Source of the DNA: Thermoplasmata archaeon
GTDB lineage: Archaea > Thermoplasmatota > Thermoplasmata > Thermoplasmatales > GCA-001856825
Assembly: GCA_023256615.1 (NCBI GenBank)
Contig: JAGDXO010000027.1
Span: forward strand, 1 to 63,829
DNA length: 63,829 nt
Reading direction: 5' to 3'
Below are positions 1 through 8,657 of the stretch, one piece after another. Under the pieces are notes generated by a model. The model was not told the DNA's origin and searched no databases. It was given only the letters and a program-made list of their open reading frames with translations. The position numbers were made by a program, and so were the translations under genes. Each line of letters begins with the position of its first letter. Position 1 is the stretch's first letter.

Positions 1-125
1 CTCGGTACATCTGAGTACTTCAGGCTGCTGTCAGCCAGCCAATCGTTGCGGTTCAATGAAACTCCACTCATGGGTGGAGGAGAGACCAGCAACAAGCTCC
101 GAAGCTTTAGCGAGGAGTAGCTGAC
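1..125 (+). mobile_element. tnpB: 3' end of an IS200/IS605/IS607-type element: TnpB C-terminal tail (frame 1, 1..120) overlapping omega-RNA scaffold and right end
   Basis: Frame 1 is open from base 1 (LGTSEYFRLLSASQSLRFNETPLMGGGETSNKLRSFSEE*), resembling TnpB tails. Stems GGCTG/CAGCC, GTTGC-GGT/ACC-GCAAC, CTCCAC/GTGGAG. Terminal motif AAGCTCC..CTTTAG..GGAGTAGCTGAC fits the AAGCCCC..CTTTAG..GGGGTAGTTGAC right-end pattern. Confidence 0.75.
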
Positions 126-148
126 AATGATGCACTTGGTATTGTGAA

Positions 149-1060
149 ATGGGTAAGATAGAGCTAGAAAAATTGATGAACTTGATTGAAAAAAACAGGG
201 ATGTAATGGTTAGAGATAATGTTATAGGCTCTGATTTCTCCACAATAAACTTACCAATAAACATAATTGTCAAAATAGAACCAATGATGTATTATGAGTT
301 CCTAACTCCCAAAGAAAATGCTACACTCTCTTATATTTTCATTCAGAATGATTTTCTAACATCTGGAATAGGCCCAGAATATGCAATGATTGACTTTGAA
401 TCACCCGATGGCGCAAATGATGATTACATTGATTTCATCGAAAAAATGTATGAAATTTTAAGATCCAACCGAGTTAAACTGGCTTCTGCACATACCGGCA
501 ATTATGGAAATATAAAATATGGGATTGCAGGGAGTATAGCTCTTATCGCATCCGGTAAACCCATCTATGGTATTCACAGGTTAAATGATGAATCATCCTT
601 TTTTGTGATGGGAAAACTTGGGCTAGAATATATGTTCTTCAAGGATAAAATAGATAAAAAGAAGTCCATTGTTCAAGAAAAAGATCTATCAATATCCAAT
701 ATATTGAATGAGATAAAAAACATAGAAGTGAAAGTGGAATATATTCACGATATTGCCGAGGGTGGTCTTATAAGATCAATGGAAGAACTGTCGAATTATT
801 TAGGTCGCGGCTTGAGAATATCTGAAAATGAGATGAAGGATATTACTCCTCAAGAATTGTTATATCTTAAGAATGATATCCTATCGGTAAGTTCTTCTGG
901 TTCAGCCATAATATCAGTCCCGAGGAAAGAAAAAGAAAATTTTAAAAATTATATGGAAGGAAAAGTTGCTGAAATAGAGGTTGTTAAAGAAGGATTATGG
1001 CTAGATAATCAAAGATTAGTATCAAAGGAAGATAAATTATATGAAATCTTAAAGAAATAA
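149..1060 (+). CDS. AIR synthase-related (PurM/HypE/ThiL-like) protein, divergent
   Basis: MGKI start, HTG motif, HDIAEGGL (DxxEGG), SSSGS motif. Confidence 0.65.
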   Translation: MGKIELEKLMNLIEKNRDVMVRDNVIGSDFSTINLPINIIVKIEPMMYYEFLTPKENATLSYIFIQNDFLTSGIGPEYAMIDFESPDGANDDYIDFIEKMYEILRSNRVKLASAHTGNYGNIKYGIAGSIALIASGKPIYGIHRLNDESSFFVMGKLGLEYMFFKDKIDKKKSIVQEKDLSISNILNEIKNIEVKVEYIHDIAEGGLIRSMEELSNYLGRGLRISENEMKDITPQELLYLKNDILSVSSSGSAIISVPRKEKENFKNYMEGKVAEIEVVKEGLWLDNQRLVSKEDKLYEILKK

Positions 1061-1087
1061 TAAATATAATGTAAAATTACAGAAATC

Positions 1088-1915
1088 ATGAAAGTTGGTG
1101 AAAGTGAATATTTAATTGTAAATGATGGAACTTTCAAACTTGATGGAGGGGCCATGTTTGGTGTTGTACCAAAACCCGTATGGCAAAAGTACTTCCCACC
1201 TGATGATCAGAACAGGATCACGCTCGGAACTAATACACTTGTTATCAAGACAAAGAAGAGGATAGCACTGGTTGATCTCGGGATGGGTGACAAATTTGAC
1301 AGCAAGTTGCTATCAATTTATGATATAAAGAGACAGAAAAATCTTATCGAAAATCTTGAAGGATTGGGAATAAGCAGAGATGATGTAACTGACGTAATAT
1401 TCACACACGGTCATTTGGATCATACCGGCTGGGCTACAATTAATGATAAGGGTGAAATCAAAGCCACATTTCCAAATGCAAAATATATTCTTCAGGATGA
1501 CACGCTGGACGAGATAAGAAATCCAAATGAGAAGACAAAACCCAATTATAATTATCTGAATTTCAAGGGTTTGGACAGCCAAATTATTGCGATAAATGGA
1601 GATGAGGAAATTATCCCGGGAGTGGAACTGGTTAAAACAGGCGGTCACACAAAGGGGCATCAGATTGTGATATCAAGAGATGGGAATAATTCTATAGTTT
1701 ACTTTGGAGATCTCATCCCAACGTCAGCTCACATTAAACCTGCATATATTATGGCTTATGACCTCTATCCTATGGAGACATTCTCAAGGAAAAAGGAGCT
1801 TCTGGAAAGAGCATTTGAAGAAAAATGGATAATAGTATTTGAACATGATCCTAACAGTCCTTCTGCTATTTTAAAGGATATAGAAAAATACTCGCTAAGT
1901 CCCTTCAGTCTTTGA
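1088..1915 (+). CDS. Metallo-beta-lactamase fold hydrolase (YtnP-like)
   Basis: LDGGAMFGVVPKP, THGHLDH, GGHTKGH, FGDL, FEHD. Confidence 0.9.
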   Translation: MKVGESEYLIVNDGTFKLDGGAMFGVVPKPVWQKYFPPDDQNRITLGTNTLVIKTKKRIALVDLGMGDKFDSKLLSIYDIKRQKNLIENLEGLGISRDDVTDVIFTHGHLDHTGWATINDKGEIKATFPNAKYILQDDTLDEIRNPNEKTKPNYNYLNFKGLDSQIIAINGDEEIIPGVELVKTGGHTKGHQIVISRDGNNSIVYFGDLIPTSAHIKPAYIMAYDLYPMETFSRKKELLERAFEEKWIIVFEHDPNSPSAILKDIEKYSLSPFSL

Positions 1916-3041
1916 AATCCCTACCCTTCAATAATTCCTTTCCTATTATTAGTCTCTGAATTTCATTTGTTCCCTCATAGATCTGAGTTATCTTTGCCTC
2001 TCTGAATCTTCTCTCTACCGGATATTCTTCAGAAAGTGCATTAACACCAAGTAAAGATAGCACCCTAGATGTTATACTTACAGCTGAATCTCCTGCTGTG
2101 AGTTTAGATATTGAACTTAGGAGTGGAGAATTTTTACCGCTTTCACTGTATGCTATAGCTTCTTCTAGGTTTTTTATGGAAGACTGAAGATCGCTTGCAA
2201 TATCCGCCATCCTGAAAAGGAACCATTCCCTGATATTTTCTTGATTCTGCATAGCATAATTTCGCATATCATTGAATGCTCCCTCCGATATTCCTACAGC
2301 CTGGCTTGCTATTCCTATCCTTCCGACGTTCAATGTCTCCATCTCTATCTTGAATCCATCTCCTTCCCTTCCCATGACATATTCCTCACCAACTTCCACA
2401 TTATCTAAAATAACCTCTGTTGTACTTGACCCTCTGACACCCATTTTCCTGAATTCATTTCCTATGCTGAGTCCTGGGTTATCCCTATCCACCACAAACA
2501 TGGTCATTCCCTTGTGTTTTTTTATTGGGTCGGTCATGGCTGAAACAAGGTAAAATCTTGCTTCCTTTCCATTGGTTATGAACGTTTTGGTTCCGTTGAT
2601 CCTGTATCTTCCATTTTCCTTCTTTGCTGTTGTTTTTATAGCAGCGGCATCTGATCCTGTCCCAGGTTCAGTGATTGCCAGAGCTCCTATCTCACCTCTT
2701 GCTACTTTTCCCAGATACTTCTCTTTTAGAAATTCGCTACCGAATTGAATTATTGGCTCTGCGAATAGGGAAACTGTAACATCAAGTATAAGGGATGTTG
2801 AAGCGCATTCTCTGGAGATAATCCTTATTGTCTCCATTAAAGAACTCAACGAATATCCCATTCCTCCGTATTTACTGGGAATATACATTGAGAAAAGTCC
2901 CATAGATATCATATCATTTACTAGATTATTGGGAAACTCCCCAAGCCTATCTATCTCAGATGCCATAGGCCTTACCTTTTCCTTGGAAAATTTCTCAACT
3001 TCTTTTAATTTGTTAATCTCTTCTTCCTTTAAAATCATCAC
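1905..3041 (-). CDS. Acyl-CoA dehydrogenase
   Basis: ALAITEPGTGSD, NGTKTFITNG, KMGVRGS, GRIGIA, IYEGTNEIQR. Confidence 0.93.
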   Translation of the reverse strand: MMILKEEEINKLKEVEKFSKEKVRPMASEIDRLGEFPNNLVNDMISMGLFSMYIPSKYGGMGYSLSSLMETIRIISRECASTSLILDVTVSLFAEPIIQFGSEFLKEKYLGKVARGEIGALAITEPGTGSDAAAIKTTAKKENGRYRINGTKTFITNGKEARFYLVSAMTDPIKKHKGMTMFVVDRDNPGLSIGNEFRKMGVRGSSTTEVILDNVEVGEEYVMGREGDGFKIEMETLNVGRIGIASQAVGISEGAFNDMRNYAMQNQENIREWFLFRMADIASDLQSSIKNLEEAIAYSESGKNSPLLSSISKLTAGDSAVSITSRVLSLLGVNALSEEYPVERRFREAKITQIYEGTNEIQRLIIGKELLKGRDFKD

Positions 3042-3088
3042 TTTTCTTTAAGCCGAAATGATAAAATTATTTTTCGGTGGTCGAGATC

Positions 3089-3117
3089 ATATGACAAAAG
3101 TCTTATATTTGTCATAT
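3089..3117. promoter_or_regulatory. Perfect 10-bp inverted repeat straddling the xerA TATA box (operator or dif-like site)
   Basis: ATATGACAAA-agtcttata-TTTGTCATAT ending 17 bp before the xerA ATG. Confidence 0.55.
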
Positions 3118-3133
3118 TTATATTCATGTCAAT

Positions 3134-3997
3134 ATGAGAACTTCCCTAGATGAAAAAATAGAAAGTGATGTTGCACAGTCTTTTAGGAACAGATTATATG
3201 CAAATGGGAAGAGCAAGAATACGGTAAAAATGTATGGTTATATTGCTCAAAAATACCTTGAATTCATAAAATTTGATCGAAGGAAAATTACGAGAGAAAG
3301 TATTGAGGATTTTAAGGAATATTTATCACTTGAATTGGGTTATTCCAAAACATCTATTTACCTGTACGTAAGAGCACTGCAGGCCTTTTTGGATTTTCTT
3401 GAAATAAAAGATCTTGGCTCCCTAAATCCACCCAAGAGGCCACAGAAAGTTCCCAATTATTTAGTTGAAACTGAAGTTTCGAAAATACTGGACAGCTGCA
3501 GAAATAGTAAGGAAAAACTGATTGTAGAGTTGCTTGCATATACTGGTGTGAGGGTATCCGAACTATGTTCCATCAGGGTCAATGATATTGATCTAGAAAA
3601 CAAATCACTGAAAATAAGGGGAGGAAAAGGTGACAAAGACAGACTCGTAATCTTCAGTGATAAAATAGTGCCTGATTTAAAAATATATATTATGGAAATA
3701 AAGGAAAGGAGAGGAAAGTCTGAATTTTTGTTCCCGACTGCAAAGAGCAGAAAGATATCTCCCGTAACCGTGGAAAGAATAATCAGGAACCTTGCCAAAA
3801 GGGCAGGTATAAACAAGAAGGTAACACCACACGTTCTCAGGCATACATTTGCCACATCTCTGCTCAGGAACGGAGCAGATATAAGAATAATTCAAGTTTT
3901 GTTAGGACATGCAAGTATAAGTACAACCCAGATATACACCCACGTAGATGATGGCGCGCTTAGACGGAGTTACGAGAAATATGCACCCTCTTATTGA
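3134..3997 (+). CDS. xerA: Tyrosine recombinase XerA
   Basis: TGVRVSE, GKGDKDR, PHVLRH, LLGHAS, TTQIYTHV; SAM-like N-domain; 287 aa; no mobile-element context. Confidence 0.9.
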   Translation: MRTSLDEKIESDVAQSFRNRLYANGKSKNTVKMYGYIAQKYLEFIKFDRRKITRESIEDFKEYLSLELGYSKTSIYLYVRALQAFLDFLEIKDLGSLNPPKRPQKVPNYLVETEVSKILDSCRNSKEKLIVELLAYTGVRVSELCSIRVNDIDLENKSLKIRGGKGDKDRLVIFSDKIVPDLKIYIMEIKERRGKSEFLFPTAKSRKISPVTVERIIRNLAKRAGINKKVTPHVLRHTFATSLLRNGADIRIIQVLLGHASISTTQIYTHVDDGALRRSYEKYAPSY

Positions 3998-4628
3998 AAT
4001 TTATCATAATTATGGAGCCAAGGACGAAATCGTAATATCGAATGATCTAGTATGCAAAATATTCAGCAATATAAGTTTCGTGCCAGCCAGAACATCTGCA
4101 TATATTGCAAAAGCTCTTGATATAGATCCAAAAACGGTTGAGTGGCATGTCAGGAAATTGAGTGATGCAAATCTAGTCTCACTAAATAACGATAGAAACA
4201 AATACTGGCTGAAAGGTATCCTTCAGGAAAATGAACTTAAATATTTCGAAGCTCTGAATTTTTCAGCTTCGTACGTAATAATGTCAAATCTGATGGAAAG
4301 GAAGGAAATCAAATTAGATGATTTAGAATTAAACAAGGTCACTGCTAGTAAAAAAATAAAATTATTAGAAAATGTAGGATTTATAAATGAAAATAGAAAA
4401 GGCAAGGAAGTATACCTAACAATAAATGAGGAATTTTTTAAATTCAGAAGTTTGCTGAAATGGAGAGCTAACATATTTGTAACTAATTACCTTAGGCGGC
4501 TAAAATTATCCAAAATATACTATGAGATTTTGAATGTTACGGATTTCAGCATTTCAATAGATACTAATCACGGTATGCCAATAATATTATCAAGAGACCC
4601 ATTATTTACGGTGATAAAATATGGATAA
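3981..4628 (+). CDS. Tandem winged-HTH protein (probable start ATG 3981)
   Basis: IAKALDIDPKTVEWHVRKL and LNKVTASKKIKLLENVGFI..RKGKEVY. Confidence 0.6.
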   Translation: MHPLIEIYHNYGAKDEIVISNDLVCKIFSNISFVPARTSAYIAKALDIDPKTVEWHVRKLSDANLVSLNNDRNKYWLKGILQENELKYFEALNFSASYVIMSNLMERKEIKLDDLELNKVTASKKIKLLENVGFINENRKGKEVYLTINEEFFKFRSLLKWRANIFVTNYLRRLKLSKIYYEILNVTDFSISIDTNHGMPIILSRDPLFTVIKYG

Positions 4629-5274
4629 AAAGCTGATGGCAGCAAAAGAGGCATTAAACTTTGTCTCTCCCGGTAATGTTATAGGCCTTGGCACGGGTAC
4701 TACTGCAAACGAATTCATCAAATTACTCTCCAAGAGTGACTTATGTAAATCCGTAATGGGAGTTGCCACATCTATAAATACTGAAAATCTTGCCACGAAT
4801 CTAGGTATCAAAATAGTTGACATAGATTCAGTCGATAAAATAGATGTGACCATAGATGGTGCTGATGAGATAGATCCTTCTGGGAACCTTCTAAAAGGAG
4901 GTGGCGGTGCACTTACGAGAGAAAAAAAAGTGGCGCTAAGCTCAAGGGACTATGTGATAATAGTATCAGATGAAAAAATGGTGCAAAAAATACCAGATCA
5001 TATGGGAATACCAATAGAAATCCTCCCATTTGGAAAAAAGAAGACCATAGAAAGTATTGAGAATTTGAAATTCATCTGCAGGTTGAGGGAGAATTTTATA
5101 ACTGACAATGGAAATTTCATTGTTGACTGTATACCTTCAAACGAAATAGATATGTCTGTTGCCAATAGAGAGATAAAGAGCCTCAATGGAGTGGTGGAAA
5201 CAGGTTTATTTTTAAATTTTAAAAAGACTATTATAATTTCTGATGGTGAAGAGGTAAAAATATTAAAAAATTAG
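4621..5274 (+). CDS. rpiA: Ribose-5-phosphate isomerase A
   Basis: GLGTGTT, DGADE, KGGGGALTREK, TDNGN, GVVETGLF. Confidence 0.97.
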   Translation: MDKKLMAAKEALNFVSPGNVIGLGTGTTANEFIKLLSKSDLCKSVMGVATSINTENLATNLGIKIVDIDSVDKIDVTIDGADEIDPSGNLLKGGGGALTREKKVALSSRDYVIIVSDEKMVQKIPDHMGIPIEILPFGKKKTIESIENLKFICRLRENFITDNGNFIVDCIPSNEIDMSVANREIKSLNGVVETGLFLNFKKTIIISDGEEVKILKN

Positions 5275-5630
5275 ATTAAATTCTGAATCTGACCTAATAC
5301 ATTTTGCATATCTTCGATTTTCTTCTTTTGTTCCTCTTCAAGCTCCTTTATTATTTCCCCAAATGGTTTTGATAATCTATAACCGTGAACGGGTCTACCT
5401 TTTCCTTCCTTTTTGATATCTCTCTTTACAATCCATCCATGCTCCTTGAGTATCCTCATTGCAATTGAAACCTCTGGTTGCCTTAAATTAGCATTTTTCT
5501 CAATTTCCACAGAGGTTGTTTCTGGCTTTCCTTTCATATAAACCAAGGCTTTGGCAACATTTCTGGGAACTCCCATCTGCATTAGAAGAGCAGACAATTT
5601 ATCATCCTCTGATGTAAATCCCTGTGTCAT
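5271..5630 (-). CDS. wHTH transcriptional regulator (ArsR/TrmB-like, COG4738-type)
   Basis: SVEIEKNANLRQPEVSIAM..L...GW, GKGRP..Y wing, C-terminal coiled coil. Confidence 0.8.
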   Translation of the reverse strand: MTQGFTSEDDKLSALLMQMGVPRNVAKALVYMKGKPETTSVEIEKNANLRQPEVSIAMRILKEHGWIVKRDIKKEGKGRPVHGYRLSKPFGEIIKELEEEQKKKIEDMQNVLGQIQNLI

Positions 5631-5739
5631 ATTCCTATAAATAAAAATTCATATTTATATTTTATCATATTTATTAAGAGACTTTTTGCGAAATGTTTCC
5701 ATAATATTCAAAGAATATCTAAATTTTTTGTCCCTTAAT

Positions 5740-5773
5740 AGGATTGATCATTTATTTTTAAAGGATTGATCAT
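5740..5773. promoter_or_regulatory. Tandem direct repeat AGGATTGATCAT x2 between the regulator and nrdJ
   Basis: Identical 12-mers at 5740-5751 and 5762-5773 (22-bp period), each with palindromic TGATCA core. Confidence 0.5.
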
Positions 5774-5875
5774 ATATCTTATAATATAAATTGATTCTTT
5801 AATGCAGAATGAGTTACCATTGATAACAGAAGTTTTTTTATCGTACTAAGAATAGCTAATACTTACGGTGAAAAA

Positions 5876-8182
5876 ATGTCTAATGAAGAAGAAGGAGAGG
5901 ATTCGGGATTTATTAGGATTCCGGATGAAACGCTATTGCATTTCAATAATGATGAATTGAGGGCCAGAGTTTTTGTGGACAAGTATGCCATGAAGGACAG
6001 AGAGGGAAGACTGGTTGAAAAAACACCGCAGGAAATGTGGAGAAGGGTGGCAACAGAAATAGCCTCTGTGGAAGATGGTGATAAGAGGAAAGAGTGGGAG
6101 GAGAAATTTTACTGGCTCTTATCTGATTTCAAGATGATACCCGGGGGAAGAATACTGTTTGGAGCCGGGCAGGAAAAGTATGGAAGGAGAGCTACACTGA
6201 ACAACTGTTATGTGATACCTATACACGATGACTCTCTTGAGGCTATATTTGACTGGACAAAGGAGGCAGCAAGAACTTACTCTCTTGGAGGAGGGGTAGG
6301 AACTGATATAAGCATTCTGAGGCCGAAGGGTTCCCCAGTAAATAATGCTGCCCTGAGGTCGACAGGCGCAGTATCATTTATGAACATAATGTCCGAAACA
6401 ACCGGTACAATAGGCCAGGCCGGCAGGAGGGGGGCGCTTATGATCACGATGAAGGTTGACCATCCTGATATATTCGATTTCATAAAGGTGAAGAGGAATC
6501 TCAAGAGCGTGAGGTATGCAAATATATCTGTGAGAATAACAGACGAGTTCCTGAGGGCAGTGGAGGAAGACGATGATTTCACACTTCATTATGAAAGCGA
6601 GAAGGTCAAGAGAATTGAAAGGAAGATAAAGGCCAGGCATCTCTGGAACGAGCTGATAGAATCTGCCAGGAACTGGGCTGAGCCAGGCCTGATATTCTGG
6701 GACACAATGAAAAAGGAAAGCACATCTGAATACAATGGAATGGAAATTCTGACCACGAATCCATGTTCTGAAATACCGCTGGAGCCATACGGTGCCTGCA
6801 ACTTAGGGAATGTGAACCTTTCACAGTTCGTGAAGAATGCATTTGAGAGTCCTGAGGTTGACTGGGACAGCCTTGAGAAGGCTATGCGGTATTCCGTGAG
6901 ATTCCTTGATGATGTGACAGACTACAACCTTTACAAGCATCCCTTGAAACAGCAGACAGAGGAAGCGAAAAAGGGAAGGAGAATAGGTGTAGGTTTCACC
7001 GGACTTGCTGACATGCTCATAAAGATGAAAATAAAATATGACTCTGATGAGGCCATAAAATTCGTGGACGCACTCTTCAAGAGAATAATGAACATAGTGT
7101 ATGACGAGAGCACAAACATAGCCAAAGAGAAGGGAACTTTCCCCGCATTTGATCTTGAAAAGCACCTGAAATCACCCTTTATCAAGAGGCTGGATCCTGC
7201 AGTTCTTGAGAAAATAAGAACAAACGGTCTCAGGAACGTGGCACTCCTGACAGTACCTCCAGTTGGAAGCGGCTCAGCCCTTGCAGGGAGCTCAAGCGGT
7301 ATAGAGCCCGTATTCGCATTTTCCTACACGAGGAGAAGTGAGAGCCTCTCAAAGGACACATTCAAGGTATTCCATCCTCTTGTGAAGGAATATATGAGTG
7401 CCTACAGCGTGACGGATGAAAAGGATCTTCCAGACTATTTTATTGAGGCACATGACATTGATCCAATGTTCAGGGTCAAGATGCAGGCCACAATACAGAA
7501 ATACATTGATCATTCAATATCATCAACAGTAAATCTGCCTTCTGACGCTACAACTGATGAAGTCGGGAAAATATACATAGAGGCGTGGAAAGCAGGGTGC
7601 AAGGGGATAACAGTTTATAGGGAAGGTTCAAGAGAGGGTATTTTGATCACTGAAAAGGAGCTGAGTAAAAAAGTCGATCAGAATTTTGAAAGGCCGATGA
7701 TCCTGACAGGAAGGACGATTGTATTTCCATTGATTGAAAGTGGAAAACTTTACACAACAGTGAACTTTGATGAAGAAGGAAAGCCGATGGAAGTATTCGT
7801 AAACGTGGGAAAATCTGGGACAGAAGAAAAGGCGTATTCTGAGGCAATAGGAAGGTTGATATCGCTTTATCTTCAGCAGGGCGGAGACATTTCAAAAGTA
7901 ATAAAGGCCCTATCAGGAATCAAGGGAAAGAGCGTTACATTCGTGAGTGGAATGAAAATCACTTCAGTACCTGACGGAGTGGCAAAGGCTATCGAAATAT
8001 CAATGAAGGGAGAACAGCCCCAATCAACACTCACGGAAGGATTCATAGTCAGCAAGCTGAAGGCTGAGCCAGAAACAAAGAAATCATCATTCCTGACCTG
8101 TCCAAAATGCGGGAACGATACAATGGTTTCAGAAAATGGCTGTTTAACATGTAAAACATGCGGGTACTCGAAGTGCGAATGA
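5876..8182 (+). CDS. nrdJ: Class II (adenosylcobalamin-dependent) ribonucleotide reductase with C-terminal TSCPD-like domain and Zn ribbon
   Basis: PGGR, NNC, GGGVG, RRGA, TNPCSE, GACNL, SGIEP, KGITVYR, CPKC..GCLTCKTCGYSKC. Confidence 0.95.
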   Translation: MSNEEEGEDSGFIRIPDETLLHFNNDELRARVFVDKYAMKDREGRLVEKTPQEMWRRVATEIASVEDGDKRKEWEEKFYWLLSDFKMIPGGRILFGAGQEKYGRRATLNNCYVIPIHDDSLEAIFDWTKEAARTYSLGGGVGTDISILRPKGSPVNNAALRSTGAVSFMNIMSETTGTIGQAGRRGALMITMKVDHPDIFDFIKVKRNLKSVRYANISVRITDEFLRAVEEDDDFTLHYESEKVKRIERKIKARHLWNELIESARNWAEPGLIFWDTMKKESTSEYNGMEILTTNPCSEIPLEPYGACNLGNVNLSQFVKNAFESPEVDWDSLEKAMRYSVRFLDDVTDYNLYKHPLKQQTEEAKKGRRIGVGFTGLADMLIKMKIKYDSDEAIKFVDALFKRIMNIVYDESTNIAKEKGTFPAFDLEKHLKSPFIKRLDPAVLEKIRTNGLRNVALLTVPPVGSGSALAGSSSGIEPVFAFSYTRRSESLSKDTFKVFHPLVKEYMSAYSVTDEKDLPDYFIEAHDIDPMFRVKMQATIQKYIDHSISSTVNLPSDATTDEVGKIYIEAWKAGCKGITVYREGSREGILITEKELSKKVDQNFERPMILTGRTIVFPLIESGKLYTTVNFDEEGKPMEVFVNVGKSGTEEKAYSEAIGRLISLYLQQGGDISKVIKALSGIKGKSVTFVSGMKITSVPDGVAKAIEISMKGEQPQSTLTEGFIVSKLKAEPETKKSSFLTCPKCGNDTMVSENGCLTCKTCGYSKCE

Positions 8183-8195
8183 CGGTGAAAATAAT

Positions 8196-8414
8196 ATGAA
8201 TAGGAGAGAGCTCATTCAAATGGAAATAAAATACCTGATAAGAGAGCACCTCATAGGGCTTAAAGATAGGGAAGGTATTCTTGAAGCATATATGAGAGAT
8301 GTGAATAACCTTGAGTTTAAAGAAATGATTAATTACCGGGATTATTTGAATTTTTCAATAAGAAATTACTATGAATCCATTGAGGGGTATCAAAGATTAA
8401 TATATCGTGACTAA
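8196..8414 (+). CDS. Hypothetical helical protein (72 aa)
   Basis: GGTGA Shine-Dalgarno, 13 bp after the nrdJ stop; no recognised motif. Confidence 0.5.
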   Translation: MNRRELIQMEIKYLIREHLIGLKDREGILEAYMRDVNNLEFKEMINYRDYLNFSIRNYYESIEGYQRLIYRD

Positions 8415-8564
8415 ATTATTTATTATATTTTATTATTTTTAAATTACTCTTTCCGTCTGCGGCAATAATTGGCAGTATAATTAAAATTCTTAAAAAGGAT
8501 TTTTTTTAGTGTATTAATTCATAATTTGAGGCGATCTCTTTAAATATGATTACGTGTTTTTGGA

Positions 8565-8651
8565 GAAGCATTAGCTTCACGTCTCAGGCAAAATGCCTAT
8601 GATACTCCAGAATTGTGGAGTTATCAAGACGCAACGGCAATGCATCGGTGA
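8565..8651 (+). promoter_or_regulatory. Structured 5' leader of the rpl3 operon (candidate r-protein autoregulatory leader)
   Basis: TTTAAATA TATA at 8539; nested stems GCATT/AATGC, CGTCT/AGACG, AGGCA/TGCCT, TGATA-CTCCA/TGGAG-TATCA; SD GGTGA 8647-8651. Confidence 0.6.
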
Positions 8652-8657
8652 ATAAAT

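Noticed and set aside
1..125. Minus-strand reading as an IscB/HEARO omega-RNA (GTCAGCTAC..CTAAAG..GCTTG..GCTGAC)
   Set aside because: The similarity reflects shared IS200/IS605 end motifs. The open plus-strand frame with a TnpB-like tail favours tnpB. Not fully excluded without upstream sequence.
3134..3997. Integrase of a provirus or genomic island
   Set aside because: Compact XerA-like protein flanked by housekeeping genes, with no tRNA/att site or cargo.
5876..8182. nrdJ as a GC-rich recent horizontal acquisition
   Set aside because: Spot counts of GC are similar to rpoB, so this is likely the codon usage of conserved, highly expressed genes.
8427..8446. Near-identical AT-rich 19-20-mer also at ~63290-63308
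   Set aside because: Low-complexity, T-rich terminator-like sequence; not good evidence of a repeat family or target-site duplication.
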